Made by a program: the position numbers and the translations under genes. A stretch of 64,000 nt of DNA, from positions 17,360,001-17,424,000 of the forward strand of contig OZ004608.1 in assembly GCA_963924565.1 (NCBI GenBank), in the 5' to 3' direction. Each line of letters opens with the position of its first letter. The first letter of the stretch is position 1. The notes beneath the pieces were generated by a model, which saw only the letters and a list, made by a program, of their open reading frames with translations, was not told the DNA's origin and did not search any database. The stretch comes from Ascidiella aspersa. Its lineage: Eukaryota. Positions 1 to 13,900 of the stretch are shown piece by piece.

Positions 1-3000
1 TAACGACGCTGTTTGCGAACGAGGGGGTAGGTATGTCTTCATATTTTTCGAAAAAAAGTATGTTATATCTTTTACGACCAGTAGTTTTAAAATCATTCAT
101 TATTGTCATGTTGCCCTCTTTTTTCTTTACTACTTGTAGGTGAACATCAGTATTCTCAAGAAAACAATATGGGTGAAGCTCACGCCAACCCCGACCAACA
201 TGGTAAGTTCCGCAGTTTTAACGCTTATATTTTTGAAATGCCGCTAAGCGTGCATAACATTGACAGCTTCTGGTTCTTCAACACCGACTGTAACGCTAAC
301 GCTAACGGACGCGGCAATCGTTACAACAACAACGCCTTTCCATAAAGTTTGTGGCCCGAGGTGCGACACTAATCAGGATTGTGGGTTTACGCAAAAGTGC
401 CTCTGCGATGGACCATGCTCAGCTTCTTGTCTTCTCATCACCCATCCCACTAGCGGTAAGATACTTTCAACTAGCAGATAAATTACCCAAATATTCGGCG
501 TAAAATCGCGAAGCATAATGTCCAATATTAGAATTAAAAAAACTACATTTTAGTGTGTTGCCCTCGTTCTTTACCACGGCGGACATGCGGGCCTGCCTGT
601 GTCCACGCCGGACAGTGCAGGGCGGGTCAGCATTGTTCCTGCGACGGAAGATGCGGACTCTCTTGTCGGACGCTGATTCCATCAATAGGAGGAAGAATGG
701 AACAGCCGGGAACATCAACTGGTGAGTTAAGATCTGTCATCAATGAAACTTGGTTCAAGTTCCACAATTTGCTTCAACAACCAGATCTTACTGATGTAGT
801 AACAGAAGGGCAACGAAAGGCTGACAGCACAACGCAAAGTTCCTATTCTACCGAGGGCGTAAAAGGCGATGCTGAAATTTCCTATTCTACCAAAGGCTCG
901 GGTTCTACCAAGGGCGCTAAAGGATCGCAAATTTCCTTTTCTACCAAGGGCGCAAAAGGCTTGGTTTCTATCAAAGTCTTTAAAGGCGATGATGAAATTT
1001 CCTATTCTACCAACGCCGTAAAAGGCTCGGTTTCTATCAAAGGCTTTAAAGGCGATGATGAAATTTCCTCTTCTACCAAGGGCGCAAAAGGCCCTGATTC
1101 TACCAAGGGCGCTAAAGGATCGCAATTTTCCTATTCTACCAACGCCGCAAAAGGCTCGGTTTCTACCAAAGGCTTTAAAGGCGATGATGAAATTTCCTAT
1201 TCTACCAAGGCCGCAAAAAGCCGTGATTCTACCAAGGGCGCTAAAGGATCGCAATTTTCCTATTCTACCAACGCCGCAAAAGGCTCGGTTTCTACCAAAG
1301 GCTTAAAAGGCGATGATGAAATTTCCTATTCTACCAAGGCCGCAAAGGGCCCTGATTCTACCAAGGGCGCTAAAGGATCGCAATTTTCCTATTCTACCAA
1401 CGCCGCAAAAGGCTCGGTTTCTACCAAAGGCTTTAAAGGCGATGATGAAATTTCCTATTCTACCAAGGGCGCAAAGGGCCCTGATTTTACCAAAGGCGCT
1501 AAAGGATCGGAAAGTTCCTATTCTACCAAGGGCGCAAAAGGCTCGGTTTCTACCAAAGGCTTTAAAGGCGATGATGAAATTTCCTATTCTACCAAGGGCG
1601 CAAAGGGCCCTGATTTTACCAAAGGCGCTAAAGGATCGGAAAGTTTCTATTCTACGAAGGGCGCAAAAGGCTCTGTTTCTACCAAAGGCTTTAAAGGCGA
1701 TGCTGAAATTTCCTTTTCTACCAAGGGCGCTAAAGGCTCGCAGATTTCCTATTCCACCAAGGGCGCTAAAGGATCGGAAAGTTCAACAGAAGACGGAGTT
1801 TCTTCGCAACAAGTACCGTTAACTTCTGTTACAACTGAAGTTGGACCAGAATATTCTATTTCGGGATCGGGAGTGTCGAGCGCAGGTGTACTTGGATCAA
1901 CCGTGGTTCAAGATAATAATGGTAAGAGCACGGTCTTTGACGCATTATTTTTTTCGTTGCGAAATCGAAATTCTTCTTAGCAGGGTATCAATGTCCAATG
2001 CAATTTCACTTTTGCAGTATGCCTCCCATCTCCTTGCGAAAACGAGTGCATTTGCTCTTCGTCTTGCAAACACGAAGGAGGTTACTACTGCAGGCCCCCG
2101 CTAGAGAAGGAAGGTTTCCTTGGACGAAATTGCTCACACCGTAAGTTGTTTCAAAACTCAGTAAACAAGTTTCCCTTTAATTACTCAGATCAAATACACC
2201 AGCTTCATGCGTTCTGCGCAGTTATATTTTAACGTTTTTATTTCTAAAAAAATAATAGAATTTAGCGTATCTTTATCTTTGAAAAACGTTTTGCAGGCCC
2301 CCCTCAAATCGACTGTGGTGCGGACGCTGTAATGGTGATTCGCTTGGAGAAATCGTTGATGATCGAGTACGATGGAGCACATTCCAATGGCGTATTTTAC
2401 GTGGATGCCTCGACCGTTGCAGACCAGGCACCGGTCTCCGTTTTTACGGTCAATTCGAGGTAACCAAAGATTTAAATATTGCTTTAATATAATAGCCGCA
2501 AAGGCGTTAGAGTATAAAAGTGCCACTGGATTTTAAAACGATATAATCTGTATACAATCATACAATCTACAATATAGAGCGTAAGAAAATATTTGTTCAT
2601 AACGCGGGGATACTGAAAACGACGTTTAAAGCTGCCTTTAACAAATTTTATATCGTCAAATTCTTTGAAGATGTTATTTTCGAATGAGTGACACCGCCGA
2701 CTTTTACACAATTCAGTTGGACCTTTATTCTTGCACCACAACCGTACTTCACACTGGCTCCAGCATAATCTTTCTTAATCGGGTAAGTAAAAGTCAACAT
2801 TTCAGCCAACCTGATAGGTTACATCGCCTTCTCGTGGATTTAACATTGTAGTTGCGTTTTAGATATGGTGGGACCGCTTCACGGAAAACAGAATGTTCAG
2901 CTTTGTGCGCCCAGTGGCCGAAGTGACGTGCAGCTACCCTACAGAGTATATCGTCCAATCAGCCATCGCTCCCTTGTAAGTGGATAACACCATGTCGAAG

Positions 3001-4502
3001 TTAATTTTAATTTCGAAAAGAGGTTTTAATTTGTCTTAAACATTGCTTGATTGCAGCTGCTGCGATCCACTACCGCGAAAGACCGAACTTGGTACCTTTC
3101 TTCTTCGATCCGTATTACACAAGAACCCTCCCAATACTGGAAAACCGCGACTGCTCGTGAATTCCGATCAACCGGGAGTTGCAACCTACACAGTAGGCGA
3201 GATGATTTATCTGACCGTAACGCTAGACCTCGGACCGAAAATGTCGTCCTACGACGAGGACGAAGAAACAAAGGTTTTATATCCTCGTCTCACAATGTGC
3301 TGGTTCGCTCGTCAAAGACAAAGTTCTGGGCCTGAATCCAATAACATGATCATCTACCCAACGTATGTACTTGCTTTTCATAGAAACCCGCGTTTTACGT
3401 AAAGAGAACTTTCCCTCAATACACTACGGTATAATTTAGTTCCTCACTGTTCTTCGTATTGCATATTATTCTCTAATAAAATAGGATTTCAGCTAAAATT
3501 ATTTTAATCCAATAGGAAGCCTTCACTCGAAAATAACAGTTTTGTATTTAGGTAAATTAGAAGTCTTTGTTTTATCATTTTCAATAGTGACCAACCGGCT
3601 ATTAAAGTTTGGGGCCCGGAAAGTGAACTGAACGTTGTTGATATCGGTTTCCAAGTTGTCCAGTGGAAGAATGATAGCAACTACGTATATGTTCACTGCA
3701 GCGTCAAGATATATTCGGTGAGTAGTTGGGGAAGTAGAATTGGCTAACCCCGGAATACGTCCTGGTGAACTCTGTGGATTTTTACAGATGAACCGTGCGA
3801 AACGTTCGATTGATGATGATGCCACCTACAACGAAGTGATTATAAAAGGTCCACTGCGAATCGTTTATAAGGATACTATTAAACCACGGCGTTACGACGG
3901 TAAGAACTAATTACACACACATTTTGACATAACTTATTCATTTTTTCTTTATCGGCCTGATTACGGTCATGTAGTATTACCTGCTTTTTTTAGTTTCCTC
4001 TTGCTGGGAGGTATTTAATTAATCGAATTGGTTCTACAACCTTAAAAGGTGGACCCATACACTAATATTACTACAGGACTTGGCGCCCACCTTATCCATC
4101 AAGATTTAATTTAAACGATGAAACAGTTCGCGTAATAAATATACTCAACTCTAAAATCACCCCTGAAAACATGGGAATTACCAAGGGCTGAATAAAAGCC
4201 CGCTAGATACTTTTTGGGCATAATGCAAACAACTCTTTATGCATAAAGTGCAATTTTGTAAAAACTCTTTCAGAACTGATTTAACAAACCAATTTTATCA
4301 CAGGGGAGGAAAATTATGTAACGTTAAACCTGAATAGCTTCACGAAGCCTATGCTGGTTACGTTCGCAATTCTGCTTTTCCTCTTGTGTCTCGTGCTGGT
4401 CGCGTTGTTAAAATTTCATCTCGTCTGCAATCAAACGGCAGATAACGGAGAAGAGCCGCTGGATTTCCACGATGACCGTCTTTGATTTTGGACTTCCATT
4501 AA
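1..4502 (+). CDS. 5'-partial type I membrane ZP-domain protein: 2 WAP-like Cys modules, S/T/K/G repeat stalk, EGF-like domain, ZP-N/ZP-C, furin site, TM (uromodulin-like/UMODL1-like architecture)
   Basis: Phase-consistent GT-AG exons: <1-30, 140-202, 267-455, 554-721, 785-1921, 2018-2140, 2297-2459, 2671-2782, 2863-2975, 3057-3362, 3588-3717, 3788-3899, 4304-4502. Motifs: CGPRCDTNQDC..CLCDGPCSASC and CGPACVHAGQC..CSCDGRCGLSC (WAP-like); VCLPSPCENECIC..GYYC..GFLGRNC (EGF-like); IDCGADAVMVIRLEK..VTCSYP (ZP-N); YTVGEMIYL..LTMCWFA..YVYVHCSV (ZP-C); RAKR; VIIKGPLRI (EHP-like); TM MLVTFAILLFLLCLVLVALL; stop TAA 4500-4502. Confidence 0.88.
841..1785 (+). repeat. Coding higher-order tandem repeat, 129-bp (43-aa) unit built from 27/36/27/39-bp subunits sharing an STKG-x-KG core
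   Basis: aacgccgcaaaaggctcggtt recurs at 1141, 1270 and 1399 (period 129). Peptide subunits are STKGAKGPD, STKGAKGSQFSY, STNAAKGSV and STKGFKGDDEISY. About 7 units, irregular at both ends. Confidence 0.95.
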
Positions 4503-7500
4503 TTCACGATCCCTTGTGGGTTGCTACGAAATATTACATCTTGTTCCTTTGTTCGTTATCACTTTTGTTGTAATTTTGAATCGCCATACGTTTTCGGTTA
4601 CAAATTAAAAACTATTTTTTTCACTTTGTGTTGGATAGTTCAAGACAGTTTTAATTTCCATTGAAGCTACGGAAGGTTTAAAATTAGTTAACGATCTTTG
4701 TTCGCAATTTCCACCCGATAATATCTGCATGCGCTTATTCGGCTTGCCAGGACTAGTGGCAACTACAAAGCGTGTGAAACACAAATCCACGATCTATTTA
4801 TACCAAAACAAGCGCTGCGTCGGCCTTTGGCTTCGAGTAACCGCATCGAGACACCTTGGACGTTCTCACGCCATCAACTGACGTTAAAGCCGGCGCGTCT
4901 AACGTTTGCTTTTTTTAGTTTCCAGCAGAAGGCTCCGCTTCTTGTCTGCCCTGTAGTGGCAAAGGTATCTTAATTCTAGCTTTGATCGACACAAATAAGG
5001 TGCCACACGCGAACGTGCGGTTTTTCGATTAAGATTGCCCGTCGATTTCCATTCACGACAAGCGCGAACGTGCAATTTGGCAGCTGCAAGAGTCTTTTTT
5101 TATTTTGAATAATCCTTCCGAAGTCGTTTAGTTAATACATTTTTGAGAGTGTAAACGCTAGTTAAGACACGTCGATGCATACCACTGCTGTTTGTGTCCG
5201 GTTTTGTTTTTCATGTATCCGTGACAGTGCACCTGGTTGTGAACAAGCATGCAATAATTCTTTTGAAATTATAATTTTTGTAATTCCTGTTTCGAAATAA
5301 TACAACGTAAAACAAAGGCTTGTAAAGTAATAGGAAGAATTATGTTAACGTTTTGAATAGACTTTATTGTTTGTTAACGTTTTGTTTCGCCGAAGGAGGT
5401 TTATGTATAAATACCAAGTAAAATGCGCGCAGATAAAGCAACGACGCAGCCACGGGAGCCATACCATAAAAATCAACGTTTTAATTGTGCAAAAACATAA
5501 ATTATTCAATGCATTTCCCAGATTTTCGCATCGTGCAAACATGAGATGCATCCCGTGATAAATATTGGGGACAACAAACAATATTTCAAGCGACTTATTA
5601 CCGTATACCGGTCACCTTATGTATGCTCCAAGCATATAAGTAATTGTATGTGAGTCAACTCCGAGCCCTTGACTTTTGCATTGCTACGTTTTATCGCCGG
5701 GCTACCAAGTAATCTTAGAAGCGACCTTAAAATGAACCGAATCTCAAATAAAAATTGTAAAGGCAAAACCACTTCGCTTCTCTACGGGTGCGACACGGCT
5801 CAATACAATGTTTTAAGAGATATCAACTGTTTGAGAGACATAACTACGCAAATTGATGAGTCAAAATGGCATTAGACAACTGCGACTGCGTATATTATTT
5901 CGCGGTAACCTATTGGATGTTTATGGGAAAATATCATAGGTTATATTGCGACGTGCCTGGCAGCTATGCCTTTGCCAAAGTTAAGTCGCCTTTTTGTGTG
6001 CAGTTCACAGTCCATTTCCTGTTGTCATTACGTTAGGAGCGCCAAAAGGAGGCATTTAAGAAAAACCTAAATCCAAAGCGTAAACAAGAGGGTAACTACC
6101 ACCTGGCAGGCACCGATTTGTACAACGACAAGTGACCTGCGCTATGTGCCGTATATCTCTGTTGGATGCCACTTCTCATCTTAAAAACATAAAACCTGAC
6201 ACTCAGTAGGAGTTATTTTGTGGCTCAAATAGATTTTTGCTGTTGTAATAAAGAAAAAAAGGTTTATGTCCAGTTAATCATTGTAAACTTTTATCCACCC
6301 AAAGTATCATTTCTGCACAAGGCGAAAGTGTTTGTTAAAGGGCCCTTTATTTATATTTTGCATTACCAATTGGAAAGACGCAAATCTACACCGAATTTAG
6401 AGAGACATTAAAAAATACATAGGGGTTATTCGTGCCTTTTCGTTGCCAAACGTAACTATAGCCTTTGTTGATTGCGTGAAACAAATAAGCTTTTAATATT
6501 CTAAACTATCCAAGTTGTGTTTTACTATTAAAATAAGCAAAAAGTTGTTTATTTGAGAGTGGTTCGAATTTTAAGCTGATATCACAAAACCATCTTGTGC
6601 ATAACATAGGAAACCAATAAAACGCAGGTCGAAAGTAAAAAAACTACATCCCGACTGATTTTAAACACGAATTGTATGAAATCTCCAGAACAAACATCAA
6701 CGTGTCTGGCAATTTCCTGCAGTAGTTATTTTTATTTTTACAAGGCAAAAAAACAGCTTTAACATCCGTAACGGTCTTGTCGTGTTGCATGTTTACATTG
6801 CGGCGATGACAGTGAGTCCGACCAGCTCCCTTTTGTGCAAGACCAGGTCAGTGGCAGCTAGCCGGCTTGTAAACAATCACCTCCCAACGCGAGAGCTAAG
6901 CCGCTGCCAAGTCTGCAGGGAGGGGACAATGCCACGGGCAAACAAAGCGTAGGTCAGGAAATTGGATGCAAGGCAATTAGCTGACACCCTGACGTCTCCC
7001 TGGTGTGCGGCAAAAGGCAATACCAGCCCACACAACCTGCGAGAAGGCGCGGTCTCGGCGCAAGCGTGGGAAAACTCCTTGCCGTCTTTACAGTGGCGGG
7101 TCCTGTTCGGGTGCAACCGCCGCCTGTTTATCGTATTATCGTATGAGGTCAATGCCACTAAGCACTAATTCTGCAACAGGTTGCGAATAGTCGACAAATA
7201 GTGACATCCAGAAGGTTACATTTTGTTTGCTTCGACAGTCCTTTCTAGACGAAAATTATTTAAACTTTAAACGAACATTACACATGTTGCATACTTGTAC
7301 TTCTATATAAATAGTTGTAGTCCTACAGTTATTACGGGCATAAAATACATTTTTTGACAACTTACTTTTAACCCTTTTCAAACCCGACTACAATTCTATG
7401 TTTGGAAATAACGGCACAGGTGGCAGGAAAAATTCCGCAATTTAACTGACACCGGGCCGCGAGGACGGCCAGCATTAAACAGGCTACTGGATACTGTTGT

Positions 7501-9559
7501 CATCGTAAACTTTGGCTGCTTTGAAAGACGCCGGCTAAAGGAACGCGCAATCTTTTGTTTACAGAAATACGAGCAGGCTTTCTTTCAGACGCGATCTGTT
7601 ATCGGCGTTCCGAAGCAGCTGACAGCAAGGACTGTCATGAAAGGTATCTCGCGTGCTCATTTTTTATAAACATTTGGCGTCGGAATAAAGCTATAGCGAC
7701 TCAGTAGTGGGCCAACGGTAGATGTCGCACATTTTTGCTCTCTCTTGTTATGGAGAAAAAAAAACAGTTCAAATATTATGACAAAAATTAGTTTTTAGTT
7801 TTTTGCCTAAATAATAAAACTAAACATTAATAGCAAATACATGTTATTTATGAGACCAAGTGTAATATAAACCTCACTTTCCTCCCCTTGTCTTTTTTGG
7901 TGGAATCAGTTTCCATTAGAATAACAGTTTGAATGGGTGACAATCCAAACTCGGGCGTTGGCGCCACCTGGCAAGGCTAAGAACTTTTAAACGCGCAACC
8001 TGTTTACCATCAGTAGTTATTCAAGTCACATACGAGCTCTTGATAGTCAAATGGCTTGGTCTGGCGCCGGCCAGTAAGCGCTTTCATTATTTTCGTGTTG
8101 AGATCAGACTCCTAAACAAGACGGACTTCTCATTCAGTTGCTTGTAAACGGGCACCGCTTGTCCCCGTCGGTGACGTAAGTTTTAGTACTCTTTTTTCGA
8201 CTTTAGCCATGCTTCAATACTGGCTGATACCCAGTCTGGCGTTTTTTTTCGGCAAACTGGATCGATCCAGTATGCAAACGTTGTAAACCTCGATTGGAGC
8301 TGACGTCAGCGTGTGCACAGTGTAATTTCCAAAGGTCAGCTTTTGTAAAGCACTTTTGCGAAAGCAGTTTGTCGTGAAAACAATTTCCCCTAACAAAATA
8401 ACTTGATTAGTGTTAATATACTTTCTTCTAGTTATTATGCTATACGTTAGGGCGGACATTTGTTACAAGTATATTAGTTGTATTATATTGATGAAGCTCT
8501 ACTTGACTTGTTTTACTCGAAGCCTTAACACTGAACTTATAACAACATCTATACACAATGGTGGCCAAGTTCACAATAAAGGACGCGTTTTGCGCAAGTG
8601 GACAGTTCTCTTGTTTTAGCATTGAACAAATACAACGTTCACTTTCCTGCAGTGCCTCCATATAATTTGGCCAATTACGGGAAGTTTTTCTAAAGCGATT
8701 GGAAGATTCTTTCTCAGAGGATATGCCGAATGGTGTCTATTCGCCCCCAAACCACCCGTATCCGAAATGCCCTTTCTCCGTTCTCGCACGGTGGTAATTC
8801 TTGGGTAATTTTGACGCGTCAAAGGTTTTGCGCAAGCGACAGATTGCGAAATGTTACCCTCGGGAAAAGTGAATCACGACGATAAGCGGCGGATGTTCCG
8901 TCAACCTGTGACCGACCGGCTTTGTATGTTTGCGATAATTAGCATGACTACCCTGATGGCGATTTTTAGATTTGTGTAGCAGAAGGCATTTGTTAGTCGA
9001 GACATTGCAAGTTGCCAATTAAACAAACCCGTATGAAAATGTGCCCAAACGCACGGCCTGCAAAGGGAGTAAGATTCATTAAAAAGCAATAAAAAACGTC
9101 AAAAACAATACACACGTAGAAATTCATATATTAATACATCCATTGTAAATTAAACGTAAGTAACATTGTTTTGGCCACATTGTGCGACATGCAATAAATA
9201 GGTATTTGTACATAGTCCATTATCAGATGTGTCACAGTCACATGTCTCATCTACTTGTAAATTTAGGAGGTAGAGATCGAAATTAGTTAGACAAGGAAAA
9301 GTAAATGATAAAACAAACAAAAGCCCGCATAAATGACAGACATTATCAAGTCGAACATTTTGAAGTTTACTGAAGTCCATGCTATCATGTCCATTGAAAC
9401 TGACAATATTATTGATTTTAAACAAAATATAACTGAACTTACATTGAACTTTTTTTTTTCATGTAATTTCGTTGTTTAAAAAGTTTTAAATCAGGCTTTA
9501 ACTCACCTCTCGTATGCGAGTATTTTTACCCGTTTCGTCATTTCATTGTGCTACAGGAT

Positions 9560-9952
9560 CATAGGCGTAGCCAGGGGGGGCCTGAGGGGCCATGCCCCCC
9601 CCCCCCCCAAATTTATAAATATTTTCCTCTTAATAATTTGTTTTGTAGCATTTATAAGCAGTATCACAACAATCACAGGCATGCCACACCTTCAATTGTC
9701 ATGCATTGTTACGTCACAAACGATGTAGTTATTATAACATTTACTATACATTAATGTACTTTTACTACTTTCAGACAGTTTTTGCTCATTGACTGTTTTT
9801 TGAGTATTGCGTTAACACTCAGTCAGTTGCTGCTCGAAACGGTTTGCTGGCATTGTTACTTGTCGTTACGGCAGTTGATACAATGCTAAGAGCTAAACAA
9901 AACATTCCAACTTTTTTACCCCCTCCAAAATTTTCGGCTGGCTACGCCACTG
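9560..9952. mobile_element. Non-autonomous hAT-type MITE
   Basis: Ends cataggcgtagccag...ctggctacgccactg. Perfect 8-bp TSD tacaggat at 9552-9559 and 9953-9960. Confidence 0.9.
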
Positions 9953-10971
9953 TACAGGATGCCCCCTTTAAAACTACCAACGATTCCGCCACGTTTCTCA
10001 CATTAACCAAATACGTAAGCAGGCCTCTGGAAGGCTGACAAGTCACTTCCCACTCGTTTGGTCGACGTCATCATTACTTCACAACGACAGTGTTTTGCTT
10101 TAAATGGCGAACAGAAATCAGCTCTCAGATGAATGATTAACTTTTCAAGGAACATCGATGTGTGTGGGATAGCTGAACAAAAGTTAACATTAAACAAACA
10201 TCTGCAAATATAACGACAAATCCAACCAATAAAGCAAATGTACGGTTTGAAAAATCTACGTTAAAATTAACGAAATATAACAGCCCCTATATCAAATACT
10301 TCTGACAACTGCAGGCAAATAGATTCAAGTCAGTTCGTGACCTATCATGGGCTGATTTATTGTTTATTTTTGGGGCAATGCTCAATTTTACTGGAAATTG
10401 GAAAAAGTCGTGCAGGAAAACACTGCTAACATAAAGCTCCCTGTTTGATGGTCGTAATGGTATCAAATTGGTACTCTGAAATTATCTAAATTAGTCGTTA
10501 CCCTAACTAGCGAAAATGGTTAGGTCTCGCGTTGTTGGCCTTTAATCTTGTGTTCATTTTCGATGAAATAGGCGTCATCAATTCCGCCCTGGTGTCTCTC
10601 TTTGCCTACCAGCTAACATGGCAGAGGAAAAAATGCGTGGGCAGCAGGTCGTGACGACGCGGCGCTGCGACGTAGTCCAGACGCGAACTCGCACTGATTA
10701 CAAATCAATTCAACTGTCAGCGTTTTGTTTTCTTCAGTAGTATGTGCAAGTTATTGTGTCTGCGTTTTCAGCCTGCAATAACTTATGTAATTGCTGGATT
10801 ACAAGTACCAACTGGATATTTTGCTTTTAGCTAAATAACGTACAGTAGACTATTCAGACATAGAGTTCAGTTTTTGTTTTTTATTACAAACGGTGTGTTG
10901 TTTGCAAGGGTGTTTCAATAGATGAGTTAAAGCTCAACTGAGTCGACCAAAAATAAAAATTATATTTGACA

Positions 10972-13900
10972 ATGTGGAAAGAAAGCGAATTTAGCAGCAA
11001 ACGCGACGACGACAGTGCGATTGGTGATTCGCCCAATAATTCGGCCGGCGAAGAGAGCTTGAATTCCCGGCGAAAGTCGTCGACGTCGGACGAAGCAGAA
11101 GAAGACCTGGCTTTCAGTCATCTAAATGCTAAACTAGGAACGAAAGTTCCTTCGTGCTTGCTACATAACGCAGAAGTGAGCCTACAAAGCTGCGTTAAAA
11201 TTAATGGACAGAACACGCCGAACAAGGTTACCAGAAGCAAAAGAATTATTAAAGTTATGCCGGCTAGTGTGATGCTTACAAAATCCAACAGCAACGGTAA
11301 CATTAAAACTGTGGAGAGTAAACGCAACTCGGATACCTCTTCTACCGAAGTGTTTCAAGCCAAGCTCAAGCACCTGTTTTTCGAAATGGTAAGTACGGTA
11401 TATTCAATTAAATAGATATATTTGTTAGACTTTTGCAAACCTCGACTAGGTTATTAGAGAGGTTACTAAAACGAGTTACTAGGTAGTAGTCAGCGGCCAG
11501 TTTGCCAGGCCTACATTTTTTCCATCTAAAATATTGCACCGATCGTACGACATAGATTGATACTGCCCCCAAATATCACTGGCGATGTTGTCCTATCTGC
11601 CCTATTTCGTGATGGAATTAAATTATCACGTTATATGATTTGTAATTTTTTACGAACATGTCATTATTTATGATTAGAATAACGCGGCATGCCGGCATGT
11701 GTATGCAGATGTTGAATTATTAAAGCTTAGTTAAATCCGTGCCGATCCAAGGAAACCATGGTGACACTAACCAGTTTGGCTTCAACGAGCCAATACGTAC
11801 AATCGTGCATCAATTGTTGTTTTTTCGTGTTTAACAGCCGACAAATTACTCTAGTTTGCCAACTTCGCATTGTTCTAAAAATTGCACTCATTATCAGAAA
11901 AGTTTTTTTTTGTTCAAATATAAGCTAGGACAAACTGTTGCCATTATATAAGTTTTGTATAATTTAGCACCCTAACATTTATTGTACAATAAAAATGTAA
12001 CAACTAATTACTATAATCTAAAATAAAAAAACGGAGATAGACCAATCACAGTACTGATTAGTGATTACATGCTAGAGATTTGTGCTTTACTGTTATTTTC
12101 ACTAAAGATTCCAACAGGCAACGGTCATTGAAATTGTTATTCTTGTATTAAATCATTGTTTTACATTTATATAAGTACTCTGCTCTGGGTATGTGACAAT
12201 AACTATTGTTGGTAAAATGAACTCGACTGCTGCCACTGTTACAGCATAAATCGTCCAAATGTCGAATCGCTTTCTTATTTTCCCGGCTCCCTTTAAAAGT
12301 CCTGATCCACGATTAACCTATTTCGTCTTTGGCCCGCAATTTCGTTGAGCGGAGGGCGGTTTTATCAAGGAAAGAGGTCGAGCACGAAAACCGCTTTCAC
12401 GGCAATCGTTGTGATGTGTGTATCTAGATCGAACGAACTTTTCACCTTTCGTAACACACGACTTCGAAAACCTCGCTTACAATACACCTGCTGCTGCTGT
12501 CTGCAGTTCGATACATTCACAATTCACCTTTACTGCCCTCGTTGTATGCGATTTGAAATCTGAGACTTGACGTGTTTGCGCCACAAGGCGTCAATGTTAT
12601 GATGCTTTGTTGAGAATGTAAATGCTTGTCATGCTGTTTAAAATGGTTTCCATCCCAAATTATAATTAGCTTTATCGAAATATAAGTCATCTGACCTTTT
12701 ACTTTTGAACAAGGTCTGTTGCTACTTAGACTCGATTTTCATACAACGATTCATATGTAGGCTACTGATACATGTTCAAGGTGTGTTGTGACATAACAAT
12801 CTTCGTGTAGCTGCATTCAGATTTTCAACGTAATGTTTGCACGCGAAACCCTGACAAAACGTAGCATACTGCTAACCCTGCAGGCAGAACAGCATACAAA
12901 GGTCGCCTCGTGTTAGGGGCGGCTATTGATGGTGTCATTTGTTGAGATAACGTCGTCTCGGTCCAATACCCACAGCCTGCGATATATGGGCACTAGGCCG
13001 CATAGAAGCAGATGTTTGATCGGCCATGACTGAGTTGTGAAGACTGCTAATTCCAACCCCGCAGTGCCGGGGTTAGTTGCAGGGGACCATGATACAACTA
13101 TTTGAGATTTCAACCCTAAACATCCTGCCACTAATGATGTTATTCAAAAAGATTGTGTTACATTTTATAATCAAAAATGTGTTTTTGCACACCGCATAAA
13201 AACATGTTTAATTCAATGCGATACCCTTAGATGCATAAACGATTGTAAACAATTCCATGATGTATCAATGTTGGTCAAACTGCCGATCTCCGTTTCTTTT
13301 ACTTTTTACTCCCGCGCTGCTATCAGTTGCTTGGAAGCGAGGCTTGGCGCTAATGACGTCACAATGGAAACCGGAGCTGGGCAGGGCATCGCTGAAGGAC
13401 GCTTGCGTGCCATCCCTGTTGATTTCTACGCACCGTTGACGGTGACACACCTGGCTACACCTCAAGTCGTCTATTATTTTATTTGCCTTCGATGCGCGTC
13501 CTTACCTGAACCCAGGTATAGCTTTAGACACCAGCATTGGATGGCGGTTATTTTAGAACTGGTTGTGGTTTGACGTCATGTGCTACTTGGCGTGTTTTGC
13601 CGCATGGGATTCCAGACCAGTGACACAACTTCACTTTGCAACACTTGATTGAAAGTCCTCAGAATGATAAGCTAAAATTGCATCAGCCTACATATCACAT
13701 TTGCATGGGGTATCTTGGTAGATTTAAAACGTTAAAAATAATTTTGATTATTGTGGAAATTCGTGATGTTTTGTCTTACGACTAGCATTGTTATTTGTCC
13801 AAAGACATTGTGCATTTAACTACACTTGGAAAAAAGTCAATCGCGTTTAGGTATGATAATACTTCGGCCCGTTCAGCGCTTCTTTCGTGCGTTTTGAAAT

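Noticed and set aside
727-1822. Overlapping ORFs (727-1254 -, 1055-1306 +, 1313-1822 +)
   Set aside because: Shadow frames of the coding tandem repeat. Only the STKG frame splices in phase with the neighbouring exons.
1981-2017. Alternative acceptor at 1980/1983
   Set aside because: It gives a non-EGF frame. The acceptor at 2017 restores the EGF cysteine pattern and the phase.
12913-13131. Possible SINE/LINE remnant
   Set aside because: No clear Pol III boxes, tail or TSD, and single copy in this window.
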